A stretch of DNA of 64,000 nt. It comes from Glycera tridactyla (lineage: Eukaryota). Location of the stretch: positions 49,228,001-49,292,000 of the forward strand of contig OZ286466.1 of NCBI GenBank assembly GCA_965644265.1, read 5' to 3'. The notes beneath the pieces are model-generated. The model made no database searches. It was not told the origin of the DNA and saw only the letters and a program-made list of their open reading frames with translations. The position numbers and the translations under genes were made by a program. Of this stretch, positions 1 through 14,214 are shown in pieces; the first letter of the stretch is position 1; each line of letters opens with the position of its first letter.

Positions 1-2448
1 AGGTCCGCCTTCAGTGAAGGCTATGTTATTGAGAGCATGTTCCTCCTTGGTGATGTGGATCGAATTCATGACACGCGATGGGAACCAGTTGATCTCTTTG
101 TGATGAATCCAGATCCCCTGTGCAGCTGAACTGAACATTAGATCTTGTCTCCCTTGTTCTTTGGTTGTGCCAATCTTCATCACAGGGGTTGGCAGTCCAA
201 GTGACTAATGTACAGAGGCCCAACCTTAGCAGCCATAGACAGTAGTTGCTTGCTTTTCTTCAGTTTCACCTGAAAGAAACAGTATCAACGAGTGATTCCA
301 TGAATGAGGTAGTAAGTGGGTTTATGGTGTTTTTTCTAGATCTCCCTGGATCCAGCAGTTAACGTTCATGCTGAGCAGCTGAATTTACATGGTGCAATTT
401 ATACTATTACATTTGACAGTTTGACCTTCTGGTACTAGCCAAAGGTCAGCAGTTGGTCTCATAAACTAGGGCAAAACACAACCGAGGGTGGCCTCAGCAA
501 CACTGGTATTATGGTCTGTTTACTAGAATCAGACCATCGAGGCAGAGGTTTTCTTGAACTAAACGTACTATAGATCTCCAATTGTTTACACTGTTGGGTG
601 GCTCACTTGGACTTGGCCCTTGCATGTCTTTTCCTTTGAATTGTTTTTCATCTGCTGGTTCCTAATTTTATTTCAGTTTGTTTGGAATCTGCCTCTGCAT
701 GTATTCCTGGTAGTGACCTTTAGATAGCTTCTTTGTGAAGAAAACCATCTTGCAAGATTTGTTTACAATTTCTTCCAGGCAATAAATCAGAACAGAAGTT
801 TGATTTGTTCTCCCCTACTTTGTGCAGATATCTGCTCAGTGATGAACATTTTGGATGTCTGTAAAGCTGATTCTCTCGGTTTTACCCTCCATATTTCTGC
901 CAGCTCAAGTTGCGTGTACATCTGCTATAATGACACGATAGGATTTAAATGTTATTTAGATGTTTCTCTCGCTACACTTAAATGACTCCTGAAAAATAGC
1001 TCAGACAATTTGCTTGCATACATGTCAGCCTCTTCCTTAATTAGCCCTACTCAGTGTCAGTTTATATTACTAGTATTGAAATAAATGAAAAGACAGGGTA
1101 ATTAGTCATAGATTAGTGTACATAAGATGTATCATGTCTCAAGTCTAAACCCGCCATCTATGGCATTTGCTGGTTCATCTGGAATTGGTGGCTCTTTAAA
1201 ATTAAAATATTGAACACCAGATTTGTTTAGAGCTGCAAGATAAGAAGTGTGATCTTGATGATATTTGCTTATATTTGACCCAACTCACCAAGTACAGTTG
1301 AAGCTGCCTTAATCATGCACTTTACTAAGCAAGAACCTATCTTAAGCAGCCATGGAGTATTCTCTTGCTGCTAACTATGTTAAGGGTGTGTGACAGTGAT
1401 GCTTGCAGGGGAGACAGCATCAAGCACTCGTAGATCTCTGTGACATGACACACAATCCCATAGGTTGGTACATGTCATGATAGTCCCCCCCTCCCCCACA
1501 TAGACACTCACACTCACCAAGAGACCACCTCTGATCAGAGACCATTTTTACAGGGCAGCTTTCTCATTCGACTTGGCCAAATATACCTCTGATGACATTT
1601 ACAAAATGGGGACTCACAAAAAAAATATTCTGGGAATGCATTTATTTTCATATTTCAGCTTTGCTGCTAGATAACCCAATAGTATATGTGAAACATTAGA
1701 AAGAGAGATAGTATCACAGCCCTCAGGAGTTCTCAGTCATTTTCAATGATGGATGGCTCTTCAACCATTGCTAGGGTTGACCTCTGGTGCTCAGACTGGT
1801 AGTTACCTGAAGAAATTCTCACTCCCAACTGGATATGTTTATAGTGAATTAAGTGTCATCTCATACAGCAACCAAAATATATTGGGTGAGATGTTGAGTG
1901 AAAGATTCCAGATGTTTTTCATAACATATACAGTATCAGTTGCTGAAATGAATATTCTGCTCTCATGTCTGGAGGTAGTCTGACGTCATCACAAAATATA
2001 TGCTATTATGACAGATTAATGTGCATTACTTATACAGTGTCTCCTGTTCATATGATGAATGATAGATACTTTATCAGCATGGAGAAAGCCTCATCCTGTT
2101 GCAGTTATTATGAATTACTCCCCGTTAGGATGACAGGAATATCTTCACAATGGCCCAAAGACATGTGGATTGCTTCTCTGCATATGCATAAAAGCATTCT
2201 TGAGTACTGGATTCATGGGCAGAAACCACAAAAACTTGAGTCCCAGTTCAGAATTTGTAGGCTGAGCATTATGTTTAGCAGAGGGTTTTAGATGGGTTTG
2301 TAATGTGTCGTTTGGTCACCATGCTCAAATTGAGTTGTACATGTTGCTGCCTGGGAACAAACTTTGTTTCACTGTCTGTCTCTCTGACTGACTATCTGTC
2401 TATCCATCTATCTGTCCATCCCCTCTCCCCCTCACTAAGAAGCACAGA

Positions 2449-2496
2449 CAAACAGACAGACAGACAGGCAGACAGACAGACAGACATTGGACACCA

Positions 2497-2532
<36 letters not shown>

Positions 2533-2541
2533 ACACACACT
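2449..2541. repeat. (GACA)n plus (CA)n compound microsatellite
   Basis: Read directly. Confidence 0.9.
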
Positions 2542-4539
2542 CACTTGTATATGATCCACATAGTGTCTAAAGTACTCCCTAGGGGGCATCCTCCATGTTT
2601 TTGCTACAACCTCTATTGATCAGGGATGGTTTTCTCTTCGCTAAAGATAATATTATTTCCAAGCTGATGCCACAGTGCCTGCCAGTGTTGAGCTTGCACC
2701 AGTACACAATATTACCTGTTACCTCTATCATCACCTGCACCTGTTGACTTCTACACAAATATACAACATTTGATGAAACACTCACCCTTCTATCACTAAA
2801 TTAACCACTTATTGGGAGAATGTTATTGCCATCTTGAAAGTTAGATACAGTAAATGCCCATTTAAAGAAGCCTCAGTAACTGAATGTCCAATGTCCCTCA
2901 TGCATCAAAATGTCTATTGTATGCCTATCTAGGCAGGTGGTCTTTGTTGAGAGGCTGTTTACTGTAAGATATACTCTCATGGTTGCAGCTCAGGGTGGCT
3001 TTTTTACACAGGTGGCCTTTTTATAGGAAATCATCCACATCGGCATTTTATTTGTGATATGCATTAAGAAACCATTGCATTTTATTTTTTCTGCCCAGTT
3101 GCAATTGCGCTGGTGCATCCTCACACAATCCCAATATTTGGAAGACTCACATGAATCCTATACCGATTTCAGCATGGAACTGTATATATGTGAAATTTCA
3201 CTAACGGCTTGCGCACCAGTATAACTGCATGCTCAATTACGTCTGTTGGTGTCTGTGTTAGAAGTGGAGTGTGCTCGACCTGTTGGGGTGTGTAGCTGTG
3301 AAACACAGATTCATTCTAACCATTCCCAAGTTGGACTCTCTTTGCTGATGTCAGCAACTGTGAAATGTACGTAGCATTTTCAAGATGGCATTCCAGTCAC
3401 ATGATCACCAACTGGGGACCGACCTCCTTTCAGAGTAGTCAAATATACTCTCTTCTTTCAGGCCTTTGCAAGTAGATGGCATTTATATACAGGTGGTCTC
3501 TTGAGAAGGTTGTATTTCATACTGGAGTGACAGAGATGTTAGTGGTGGGAATCACAAACTCAGAGAAACAAAAATTTCATGCATGTGCAAAGTTACAGAA
3601 TAAGAGACAACTGTATTAACTACATTGTGTGACAGATTTGATAATCAGCTGTGATCTCGACATATTGGATTTTTCTCTTTAACACAAAATACAGAAAGCA
3701 TTGTTAAGTCCAAGTTTTCATATACATACAGCTGGTACAGAGATCTGAAGGAATTAAAGCAGACCATTTTTTGGCACAGAATCAACCATAGAAGGTGCTA
3801 ATAAACCTTTTTGTAAGTTTAATCGTGATTCAGATGTTACTTTTTGAAAGACACGGTATCCTAGATCAACATGGAGGTGCATCAGTGTCAGGAGGGTTTA
3901 CAGGGTCAAAGAGGGATTGTCACTTTAGTGCCCTGTTTTGCATTATTTCTGACAACTTCCAACTAACCTATCACTCCCAGCTTTGTGTGGGGACCAGGCT
4001 AACAAGTATGACTTGTCAAAACAATTTGCTGACTTGTCATCTGTCAGACACCCTACTTTACAAAAATCAACAAACACTGGTCCCCCCACTCACTTACCAA
4101 CCTGTGTGTAGTTGTATGCACCTTGGCTTCCTTTAACCTTAAGGGATCCACATCATGTATGAGTCAACCAACCTGAATTCCAAGGTCACAATGCCGAGAC
4201 TGATCCAGAATCTCTGTAGTTGGCCTCTAATTGGGTAATCGTTCATCTATAATGTACAGAGTCAAATGGCTTCTGTCATTCAGTTTTTAAAATAATGGCA
4301 AGGGAGGAGAGAGAGAGGGAGAGAGAGGGGGAGCTGGAGGGGGAGTGAGGGGTTATTCATTTATTAGGGAAAATATATGGGGAAAGTCCATTTAAGCATT
4401 TGGGAGAGAGAGAGAGACAGAGAGATTGAGACAGAGAGAGAAGAGAGATGGAGGGAAGGGGGGGGGAGAGAGGGAGAGAGAGAGAGAGACCACATGGGGT
4501 TCCATCAGAAAGGTCAGGGTTACTAAGGCCACAGGGGGG

Positions 4540-4700
4540 GTTATGATCGCCTTTGAGGTAATAAATCCAAACTTTCATGTGTCATTAAGAGACAGCAGGA
4601 CAAGTACAGGAACCTTGTGGCTAGCCGACTTTGATGTCAATCTCAGGGAGGTGAGAAATGGCAGTCGTGCCTTCAGAACTGAAATAGACAGGAGTATCAG
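4540..4700 (-). mobile_element. Possible highly decayed LINE reverse-transcriptase fragment
   Basis: The minus strand reads EIDIKVG*PQGS then, frameshifted, VLVLLSLND. This resembles the GVPQGSVLGPLLF..YIND motif, but no YADD motif was recognised. Confidence 0.3.
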
Positions 4701-5622
4701 TTCAAAGCATGTTACAAAATCTTGGAAGTCAAGAAATCCTGTGTGAGATTAGTGGAAAATCAAACTCTTCAGCTTATGGTCAGTTGGTTTAATGGTCTGA
4801 TTACTGGATGGTGAGTTGGATTGATGGTTAGTTCTTTGGTTGGTCAATTTGTTGATTGGTGAATTGTTCGGGTGATTAGTGGTTAGCACCATGCTACAGT
4901 ATTCTCCAAACCTAATGCTTTTCCTTGTTTCAAAGGCTGTGTTTTGCCTAAAAAGAAAGCATTGCTATCAGGTAAGACTGTCAGCTTCATGTGAGATTGG
5001 TTTCTGATGGGAGACTGTTTCCGCAGTTTGACTTTCTTATTTGACATAGTCAAATACACCTCCAACAAGACTTTTTGGTGTCATTTTGGGCAGTCTCTCT
5101 TCATAGATTTCACTGTACTAGAGTCTGGACTTATGTTCACATTGGTTTCCATCCACAGGATCAAATTACAATTATCGATTTGTACTGTTTTGTACTGTAG
5201 GGCATCTCTGAGTTTCCCATGAAGGATTACGAATAGAAAATGCCAGGCCTGTATATTGCTTTTTTACAGCTTAGTTCCTGAGATTAGGTACTTTATTGAG
5301 TGTGAAGTGAGATCTAGTTCAAATCTTCCGAAAAAAGGTCTGCCGCATTTTTATCCAGATCAGTGGAGATGGAGAAAGTCAAAACCTGAACTTTGACCCC
5401 CATGTTTTGATTTGATCCACCAGGCCTTGCCACCATTACTCTGGTTCAAATAGAGAGAAATGGGCCAAATTGAGACAGACAGGTCTGACATTGGCATAAT
5501 GGGGCTTAAGTGGCTGTTTTTATCCTCATATTTCCGCATTTTTATCTGTCAAAACATTGGACACCACAAAATATTCTGTGTTGTCCACAACTTTACCTCC
5601 CAGTTGCATGATAATCCTAGTA

Positions 5623-5783
5623 CAGTGAAACCTGTCTTGGGCAACCCCTCTTTTGGGAGACCACCCTCTAATGGGAGACCGTTCTTTATCGGCTCTTCTC
5701 TATTTGACACAGTCCAATATACCTCCAATGAGAGACCACATTTCATTGGCGTTTGGGGCGGTCTCCCAAGACAGGTTTTACTA
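5623..5783. mobile_element. pogo/Tigger-like (Tc1/mariner) MITE
   Basis: TA|CAGTGAAACCTGTCTTGG ... CCAAGACAGGTTTTACTA|TA; internal GAGACCACC motifs. Confidence 0.85.
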
Positions 5784-6652
5784 TATACTCTCGGAGTTGA
5801 AACAGTACTGCAATCTTGGAATTTCTATATTATAACACTTGGAAATTTATTCTCCGACAAGAGTGATCTTACAAAGGATGTGGTCTCATCAGGATAAAGT
5901 GCTCTACATTAACTGCTTTCTTCAGCTGTCCTTGGGGCAAACTGCAGCCCGAATGTTTAAGACCATCCAGTCAATTGTGAACTGATGGTGGGAAAATTTT
6001 AGTTGCTGGTTATAAATTGTGAGAGAAGTCTCCGTTCCATCAGATTATATCAGGTTTGATAAGTGAGAACCAATTCTGGCCATGTGGAGAGAGAACAGTA
6101 CCAGTCGAAATGTGTCTGTACACATTTGCCAGGGTGCCTGCCCAGATTATAAAACATTTTATGCACTGAATCCATTGTTTTAAAAGTGAATATCCTGTCT
6201 AAATGATAGCGGACCATTTGTCTTGCCACTGAAATAAACCACCTTCTCTATTTCACTGATTAGTGACTGGTAACCAGTCAACTTCCACAGTAGTAGGACT
6301 CTCCTCCTCAAGTAGTATGAGTAATGTTTCCTGCAGACCTTCCTCTCTGGTATCAGCTGAGTCAACTCCCAGCTACTTCCCTTCATGGGTGGTACATTTG
6401 ACAGGTTACCACGACCTTGAATAACCTGAGAACTAATCTTTTGATCTGTCTCTTGCCAGTCCTTGTTTTCAACAATTTTGCATGGAAAGTACATGGTGTT
6501 TGATCTCTATCATGCAATTCATGCTATTTTGAAATATCTCCAATGAATTAAAAAACTAGATCTGCATTTCTATGTTGGATCTTATGAATGGGTGCTCAAG
6601 AACAAGGAAACATGTGCACGTACAGTCATGCATTTTTTCTAATACAAAAATA

Positions 6653-6737
6653 CAGTCAAACCTGCTTGAGGGACAACTCTAGACAAAGGCCACTGTTTTA
6701 TGTGACCAACAGTGGCCTTTGTTGAAGTGTTTGACTG
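6653..6737. mobile_element. Short pogo/Tigger-like MITE
   Basis: TA|CAGTCAAAC ... GTTTGACTG|TA, with an internal inverted repeat AAAGGCCACTGTT...AACAGTGGCCTTT. Confidence 0.7.
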
Positions 6738-7209
6738 TATGTTTATCGTTAGTTGGACAAACAACTTGTAAAATTATTCAGCCTTCCTTTTCTCAGATAA
6801 TCAAGTGAATTAATGAGGTGAAAGACAACCTTTATGATCAGTGATTGGAGGTTCTTTGATTGATTTTTGTTTCATTTCAGCTCGTACCCACCAAAGTGCC
6901 CCCTGTGCATGAGCACACTTTCCAGTCCTTGAGAGCTAATTTCTTCCTTTCCCTCCTCCCCTTCCTCTTATACAGTGCATGCGGCATGCATTCATCCACC
7001 CACCCCATCCATTCACCCATCTGGCTGTCTGTCCATCAGTCCATCAACCACCCCATCCATCCATCCATTCTTATCAGCTTACCCTTAATTTCGTAGAATA
7101 ATGGCAATTTATCTTTTACTTTCAGTGGTGATATATCCTAAAAACACAGACTCGGACATGAGAAAGGCATACATGTTCAATAATTTGAGATAAACCTTTC
7201 TGTTTACAG

Positions 7210-7498
7210 ATACTGTGCACATTTTGAGATCTCGGAGAGTCGTCACGGGTGCAGCGGCCGCTCTGCAACTGACTGGAGCCGTATGCTGACAAAGGGTACA
7301 ACAGCCTGCGTGGAATGCCAGCAGTTTGCCATGAAACATAAACTGGGGGTGCGCTGTAAGGGACACGGCGTCTTCGAGAAAGAGACAAGGTGGACGGCAT
7401 TCACTGTACCGGGATGTCACGGGAAATGGACGATGAAGTCGCACCACCAGGAGTGCACCTGCAACCCGACGCATCAGCTCTCCTTCATCCTCGTGTGA
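7210..7498 (+). CDS. SBSPON: Terminal coding exon of a somatomedin-B and thrombospondin type-1 domain protein (SBSPON/RPE-spondin-like)
   Basis: tttacag|A TAC TGT... encodes YCAHFEISESRHGC...TACVECQQFAM...RCKGHG...W...PGCHGKW...ECTC...SFILV*. This matches, as recalled, the SBSPON C-terminal pattern YCxxF...VCVDCQPPAM...RCSGDG...PRCQGTW...CSC...SFIFI. Upstream exons were not found in the window. Confidence 0.88.
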
Positions 7499-10400
7499 AC
7501 ATTATCACTACTTGCTGCCCACATTGGGCCCTTGTGGACATTTCAACATGAATGACACCTCTTCATCTTTATTCTGGTTGATTATAATGTGGGCTGAATA
7601 TTCTCATAACAGCTTGTGTATTAGTGCAGTCAGTGTGGTTATTCAAACATTAATGCCAGTTGTGTACATGTATTACCTCAGACTCTTCAGCTGATATTCA
7701 GTTGTTATGGCAACTACAAAGTCAAATTTATCATTTCATGATGGACGTAGGTGCCTTTGAAATCTCAACATGTTTTCAATTCTGAGATGGCAGCTGGTCC
7801 TGGTGTTGAGTCAGCCTTGAGTTGGCAATATTTTTCTTAATTGATCATAATTTTAATATTAGAAACTTTACTGGAAGGACATGACTGAGGATTTATGACT
7901 TTTGAAAGAGTTTGGTTTTCCAGTGTATGATGTATGGGTTGTAATAACATGGGGAAATTGGTCATGTTTCCCTCGCATCCGGGTAGACTGCATTCAACCG
8001 TTCTTATCTCACAACTAAAAGTCTCAGAATTTTCTCAGGCTGTACATGTAAGTCAGTTAAAAGACATCAAATATCTCAAATGTTCCTCCAGGTATCTATG
8101 CATGTGGATGTGACACCAGGTGAAGCAGGTCAATTTCTTCACCTGAACCATTTGGCTCCCTCTTGAGATGGTTGATGTATGCAGTGGTTTTCATCCTCAC
8201 CACCAGATGTCAGTTCAGTGTGAAGCAACCCTTCAAGGGTTCTGAGTCATGGGCTATTCTCCATATCTGTGGCCAGATGTCATTTCTTGGTCAGTGTCAC
8301 ACAGTAGTCAACATAACACCACAAGTCTATCTGATTTGTGACTCCGGAGAGATCGGTCACTGAGAAGAGACTGGTCAGTATTTGTAGATGGGCTAAATGC
8401 ATGCTGATGTTATTGTACTTGTATAGACAGAGAATATATCACTTTGATATTGTATGTATGCATGAATGCAAGTGTAAATATTTGTGATAGGGTTTTCGAG
8501 AGAATGTTTAGATTCTGATGCAGAGATGTGGACATTGTCTCTGGGATATCGGTAGTGTTCTGTCTGGAACTTGTGAGGTATGTCATAGTCTTGACCATGA
8601 GAAGTGTGACTGCCTGGCAGACATGAAGATTTTACAACATCGGCTATGTCACATTACCGGACCATGCATTTTTGAAAGTTTGATAGGCCTGGTCATTTCA
8701 GCATAGGGTGAAATCCACAAGGTATTTAACCTGCTGTGTGGAACATGTTTGATTCAGGGCGCTTCCCAGGTTTCAGTTGTGAGAATAAGTTCAAATATCC
8801 CAGAGACCATGTGATTTCTGTAGTATTCTGTGTGGGCTTCTTTTTTTTTGTCATACCATACTGTTCATTCTATAGTCTATCCACTCTAAAGTATGCTATG
8901 TTATGGAGCCAACTTCTTGTGACCATATTTCTTCCACCAATCTGTTATACAGTCAGTGTAACAGTGCTAACATAACATTTCTGCTTATTATATTATCAGT
9001 TTCAGATGTTGTCTGGTGCATATTGATGGCAGATTTTCAAACTATGCCAAATTGATTCAAGTCCAAAATTGATGGAAACAATCCTCACTTTCGCATTAAG
9101 AGCATGCACATTGGTCAGATGTCCTTTTCATGTCTGAAACACGGCAACTGAGGATTGAAGATAGAGGAGTGAAAGGTAATAGAGGAGTGTGGGTACATGT
9201 AATAATTAGCGAGAATATGGTATTTAAGGAGTGGTATGAAACTGCCATCTTTGTATCAAATCACTTTACATATGTGGAATGTTTTTGTCCATACTTTGAA
9301 TGTATTCATGCCAAAATGAAAACAAAGTATGTTGCAGTCTGAATAGTGAACCTCATTTTTTTTGTCGCAATGACTATAACCAATCGGAAATATATGTTTT
9401 GAACCTATAAACATCATCTTTCTTCAGGTGCATTAGTGGACATCATTTGTGAGCATCATGAATTGATCATCGTCATGTTCTCAATCTTTCTTGGTTATCG
9501 CAAACTGGACAGCTGCCTTTGGTGTGGATCATTGTATCATACCAAGCCATAAGATTTTACTCATACAAATTGGGACCTCTTCCCCTGCTCTTGAACATAG
9601 ATTTCCAGTCTGTGAGAAATTAAATATGAAGAGAGTGCCATGTAGACTGGCAGATGATTCACATAAGTTCAAGGCAGTCGAGTGAGGTGACTGTCACATG
9701 AGAATTTGCGTGAAATACAATATTAGGTATATTATATAAATTGATATATCACGAGGAAGAGATTTGATTTGTTTTGGGGCAAGCAGTGAGATCATACATG
9801 AGAAAAGTCAAAATAGAAGATGGTGATAAATGATTTATATCAGTTTGTTTCCACTACTGTTTTTAACTACATGTAGTGCCGCAAATTTATCACTTCATTC
9901 TGTAGAGTCAGATGACCGTCGATTTTCAGGAATTAGGAGAATTTCATCGGAAGATGATTTCATTTGTATCTGTTGAAAATATGTTTATTGTTGTATGAAC
10001 TCATGATACTGCTGTGTACTTCTTTTATGATGCTGGGGTATATTGAATGCATTCTTGGTAATGTTTATATTGCCTAATAAAGGAATACCTACTGGAACTT
10101 ACTCATAGAGGATTAGATCCGAGGTGAATTTCATACTCCCTGTTTCAGATTTACTGGATATTTGAATACAAGGTATTTTCTTCATGATATCCTTGATTGA
10201 GCACATTAGGATCTGATGATTATGTATTCACTAGTACAATCTAAGCCATACTTTTTTGAGTTTGATACTCAATGTTATTGACACAACATTTCAGCTAATT
10301 TTTTGTGCTGAATGCCAACAAATGTATTTCAACTTCAGAAGAGTGATCAAGATGAAAAGTTGAAGATTGGTGATTTTATCAGCATTTTTGCTAACACTAT

Positions 10401-12041
10401 CCACTCATCAAATATAGAGATATTTTGAATTTATCTGATTATGCCTATGTGCATATATTTATGGTTATTCAGACATATTCACTGTTTTTATTTGAGGCAT
10501 TTTATTTGCTTTTAATTGTATGCAATCACACATGTATTTTATATGTTTATATTAGGATATATACCATTGATTTTTAGTACAAAATGATGTAATATAGATG
10601 TTGTTTTCATTTAGACAACTCATGTAGTTTTTGATGCTATGATGTTAACTGCACTGGGACCACATGAATATCTATGTAGTTTTTAGAAGTACCCAGCCAC
10701 ATAAAAAGTTCTTCCCATACTCCAATATCACTGGAAACAGGATATAATATTTAAAAAGTTGGCAGTGAAATTGAATCCTATTCATTTTATACAAAACCAG
10801 TTGAACTTACTGATAAATGTCTGGACTAGAATAGTGTCCGAATAATTGGTTTGAAATTATTGTCATTTTCCAAAACAGTGTTATCCCAGTGTTGTGTGTT
10901 TGCATCATGAAGCATCAACTAGATTTGTAGCATTCTCGTGTATAATAATTATAATTATTATTTTCATTATAATTCATCTTCCATATGTCATGACTGTTGG
11001 TATATGCATTTGGGCTTCTACAGGAAAATTACTCAATCATTATATGTATGGGTGGCAATCTCTACAGGGAAAATCTGATTCTACAATGACCATCTAGGTG
11101 TCACCCCGGGTGACATATATGTATAGGGTATCAGAGCTCACTCTGATCATTTCAAAACATCATCTACATTTGCCATGTACATCATAACATTTGCAGAAGA
11201 GCATTATTGTGATCACAACTCTTGTCTTATTCTATCTGAGCTATTATTTCAGGTAATGGTTATCATTCAATGTTTTAACACCTCATTTGAGATCAAGTAT
11301 AAATGATAAGCTTAGATGGAGAAATATCAGAAGGGAATTGAAGAGCACTATTGCTTTAAAACAGCGATTTGTCCTATTCAATATGCCGCATCTCAGAATG
11401 ATAGGACTGGGTGATTGTTTGAATTGATCATGGTCTCCTCTGACAGGATTCAATATGACAGGAAAATATGTACATTTGCGATGTGAATTAGTGAGATAGT
11501 ACAAGGTCAGAGAAGGCATGTATGGACCGCTATCTCCTTGTCAACAAATGCATGAAAGATGGTGCAAATGTACTTCAGGGGATTTTTGCTAAAAGACAAG
11601 CTACGCTCAAACTCTCAGTTGTAAATAAATCAGATTTATCACAAAAAGATCGTGTTTGTTTTTCTTTTTATTTCCATTTCACATGCTGATCACTACGAGC
11701 CTATATGAAAGCATTGTACTGTCCATACATCTGTCTGTCCACTGAACCCCAATCGAACCAAGTCAAGTCACACATTGAACCTTATTCCACTGGCAGTATG
11801 AAGTCAATCCCCATGTAAAGCAAAGTACTTGTCATATAACTTTTGGCCAGTGCTTTGATAGCATCGAACGTTGGTACATGGTGTAATTTCATCCAGCTAA
11901 GAATGCCAGTGTTACTCATGATTATGGCACATGGTCACCATAGATTATGCCCACTGAGTAATCTCATGGTCACAATAAACTCATGGTTTCTCGATATTTT
12001 TCAATTTTGCAGAAAACTGATATCAACAATCATTGACAGTA

Positions 12042-12143
12042 CAGTGAAACCTGCGATGAGAGACCCTCTGACAAGGGCCCACCTTTTCGAGAGACCAATT
12101 TTTTGCTGACATTTAGGGTGATATCTCCTCACAGGTTTCACTG
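12042..12143. mobile_element. pogo/Tigger-like MITE
   Basis: TA|CAGTGAAACCTG ... CAGGTTTCACTG|TA; perfect 12-bp TIR. Confidence 0.88.
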
Positions 12144-12609
12144 TAGTGTGTATTTCAATGAGATTTTACCAGCTACTTTTTCCGATTATTTATAAATTTT
12201 CACCTCTTTGGGACCCAGGAGTTAGAGTCTTGAATGATCTCATTCATGTATGTCTCAACATAGCCCAGGTGTTAGTAACGAGAAAAACAATTACCACTGA
12301 TGTTACTTAAACTTATGTAATATCTTAGCAATACACAGGAAGTCCTCATCGATTTAGATGTCACCTTACACCATGACAGTAGTCATAGAGTGAAAACGAA
12401 ATGATTCCACTAGAAATTATCTCACAAAAGCAATGGTGCATATTGGGTCGGGTCCCAGATGTTTTGGTTTTCTGGGAAAATCCCATTATTAGGACCTATA
12501 GGCTATACTAATTCACCTGAGCTCTGAAAATAGCTGGAATTGAAAGCTTTTGGATGCACCTGAGTAGTACCCAAATTCTACAGGTATAAGGGCTAACAAA
12601 TTGCCGTTT

Positions 12610-13926
12610 TGGTTGCTTGGTTGTGCTTTAACTTCATGTTAGTGCCATGTGTGCTATATTGTGATACCCAAGCGGTCACCCCACACGTAATACGTTATGT
12701 AGCCCAGGACAGGCAAATAGTTTTGATCCAGAACAATCTTGCTAATTGGATCAGTTGTGAGCAGCCCCTGGGCCTGGCAGGCAGAAATGGGCGACATGTG
12801 GTCCTCGCTGGCGTACCATCACTTAACGTCAACTGGCAAGCCAGAAGCGGCCAAGCAACTGGTTGTTGTTGGGTCATTACTGATGGGTTGTATCTGTTTG
12901 AATGTTTTGTCAGTTTCATTCGTGGTATATTATTACGCCCATGAGATGGTCATGGATAGAATTATTAAAGACTCCTTCTGCGTCCCCAACAGAAGGCGAA
13001 TATTTATGAAATTCACACACTCAAGGTGTCATTCCTGTTATTAAAATGTTGACCATAGTGCTACCCTGTGAACGTGGGATTAATTCACATGGCTTCCACT
13101 AGGTTAGTTACGCAGTGAACATGGGCTGGTCTACCAGCATTCCAAAACCAACATAGAACTGACTACAATGTATGATTATTTTCTCACCTGACACCTCTGA
13201 TCTTCTCTACATAATCTAAGATTGGATATTGCAACCCGGTTTAAGACAAGTTGTGTTTGTTCTAAACGATTATTTGGGCTTTCCAGTGGAGTCCAATATG
13301 AAATAATCAGCCATTCAAAAAGCTGCATCGGTGAGCAAGTATTTTACTGAGGCTTATTTTGGTATAGCAAGTCTTGAATACCTTCAATAGAACAAATCTT
13401 ATCTTGTTTCTTTGAACTTTTCGCCAATGATTTCAGTAGAGCCCGAATTTTCCCAGATACTGATTGGACGCAATGTCTGATCCATCCAGCAACGCTTCTA
13501 CGTTTTGTTTTTGATTGCTTCGATCAACTCAATAGGCACTTTTCATTCTATCACACTTGAAATCTTGTGTCCATCTCCATTTTTTCATCTAATAGCTGCG
13601 GTATTCAAGAAGAAAAGTTCAGAAAAAAGTACGAGGTATGGTTAGTTGGTCAGATGTTTGTTTTATATCCTGTGAGCAGGTGAGCACCTTCTGTTCTATA
13701 TGGATGGGTATCATTCCAGACTCCTCCTTCTAAGTGCGTGTTTGTGTATCTGAACTGTCAGCTAATTCCACTCGACATTCTGTGTGGTTCCCATCATGGC
13801 GACTTCAAGGGCGAGAGCAGCTAGCCCTCAGACCTGGAACACAATCTTTCGGGACGATACATACCCAACCAAACCAAACCATCGAATTGAAGGTGAACTG
13901 TCATTCTGTCAGCAATTGGATGGATG

Positions 13927-13968
<42 letters not shown>

Positions 13969-14137
13969 TTAGTTGGTCGGTTGGTTATGGTTTCACTCAT
14001 GTCAACCCCATTTGTGGTATATTGTGACGCCCGTGCGATAAGCATGAATGGCATCATTCAAAACTCCTCCTTCCTCTGGTCCCCAAAATGTATGAAATTC
14101 ACAGACGAGAGATAAATAGAGGTTAACTGTCATTCTG

Positions 14138-14214
<77 letters not shown>

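Noticed and set aside
1-269. Antizyme-like +1 frameshift or selenocysteine at CTG TGA TGA
   Set aside because: There is no TCC TGA frameshift site and no antizyme similarity, and no SECIS element was seen.
2303-2589. ORFs with HTHT / VCVC repeats (also 13821-14232 and 17241-17468)
   Set aside because: They are translations of microsatellites.
11099-11115. 17-bp palindrome TGTCACCC-C-GGGTGACA
   Set aside because: It is isolated, with no TSD or second copy, and one such palindrome in 64 kb is weak evidence.
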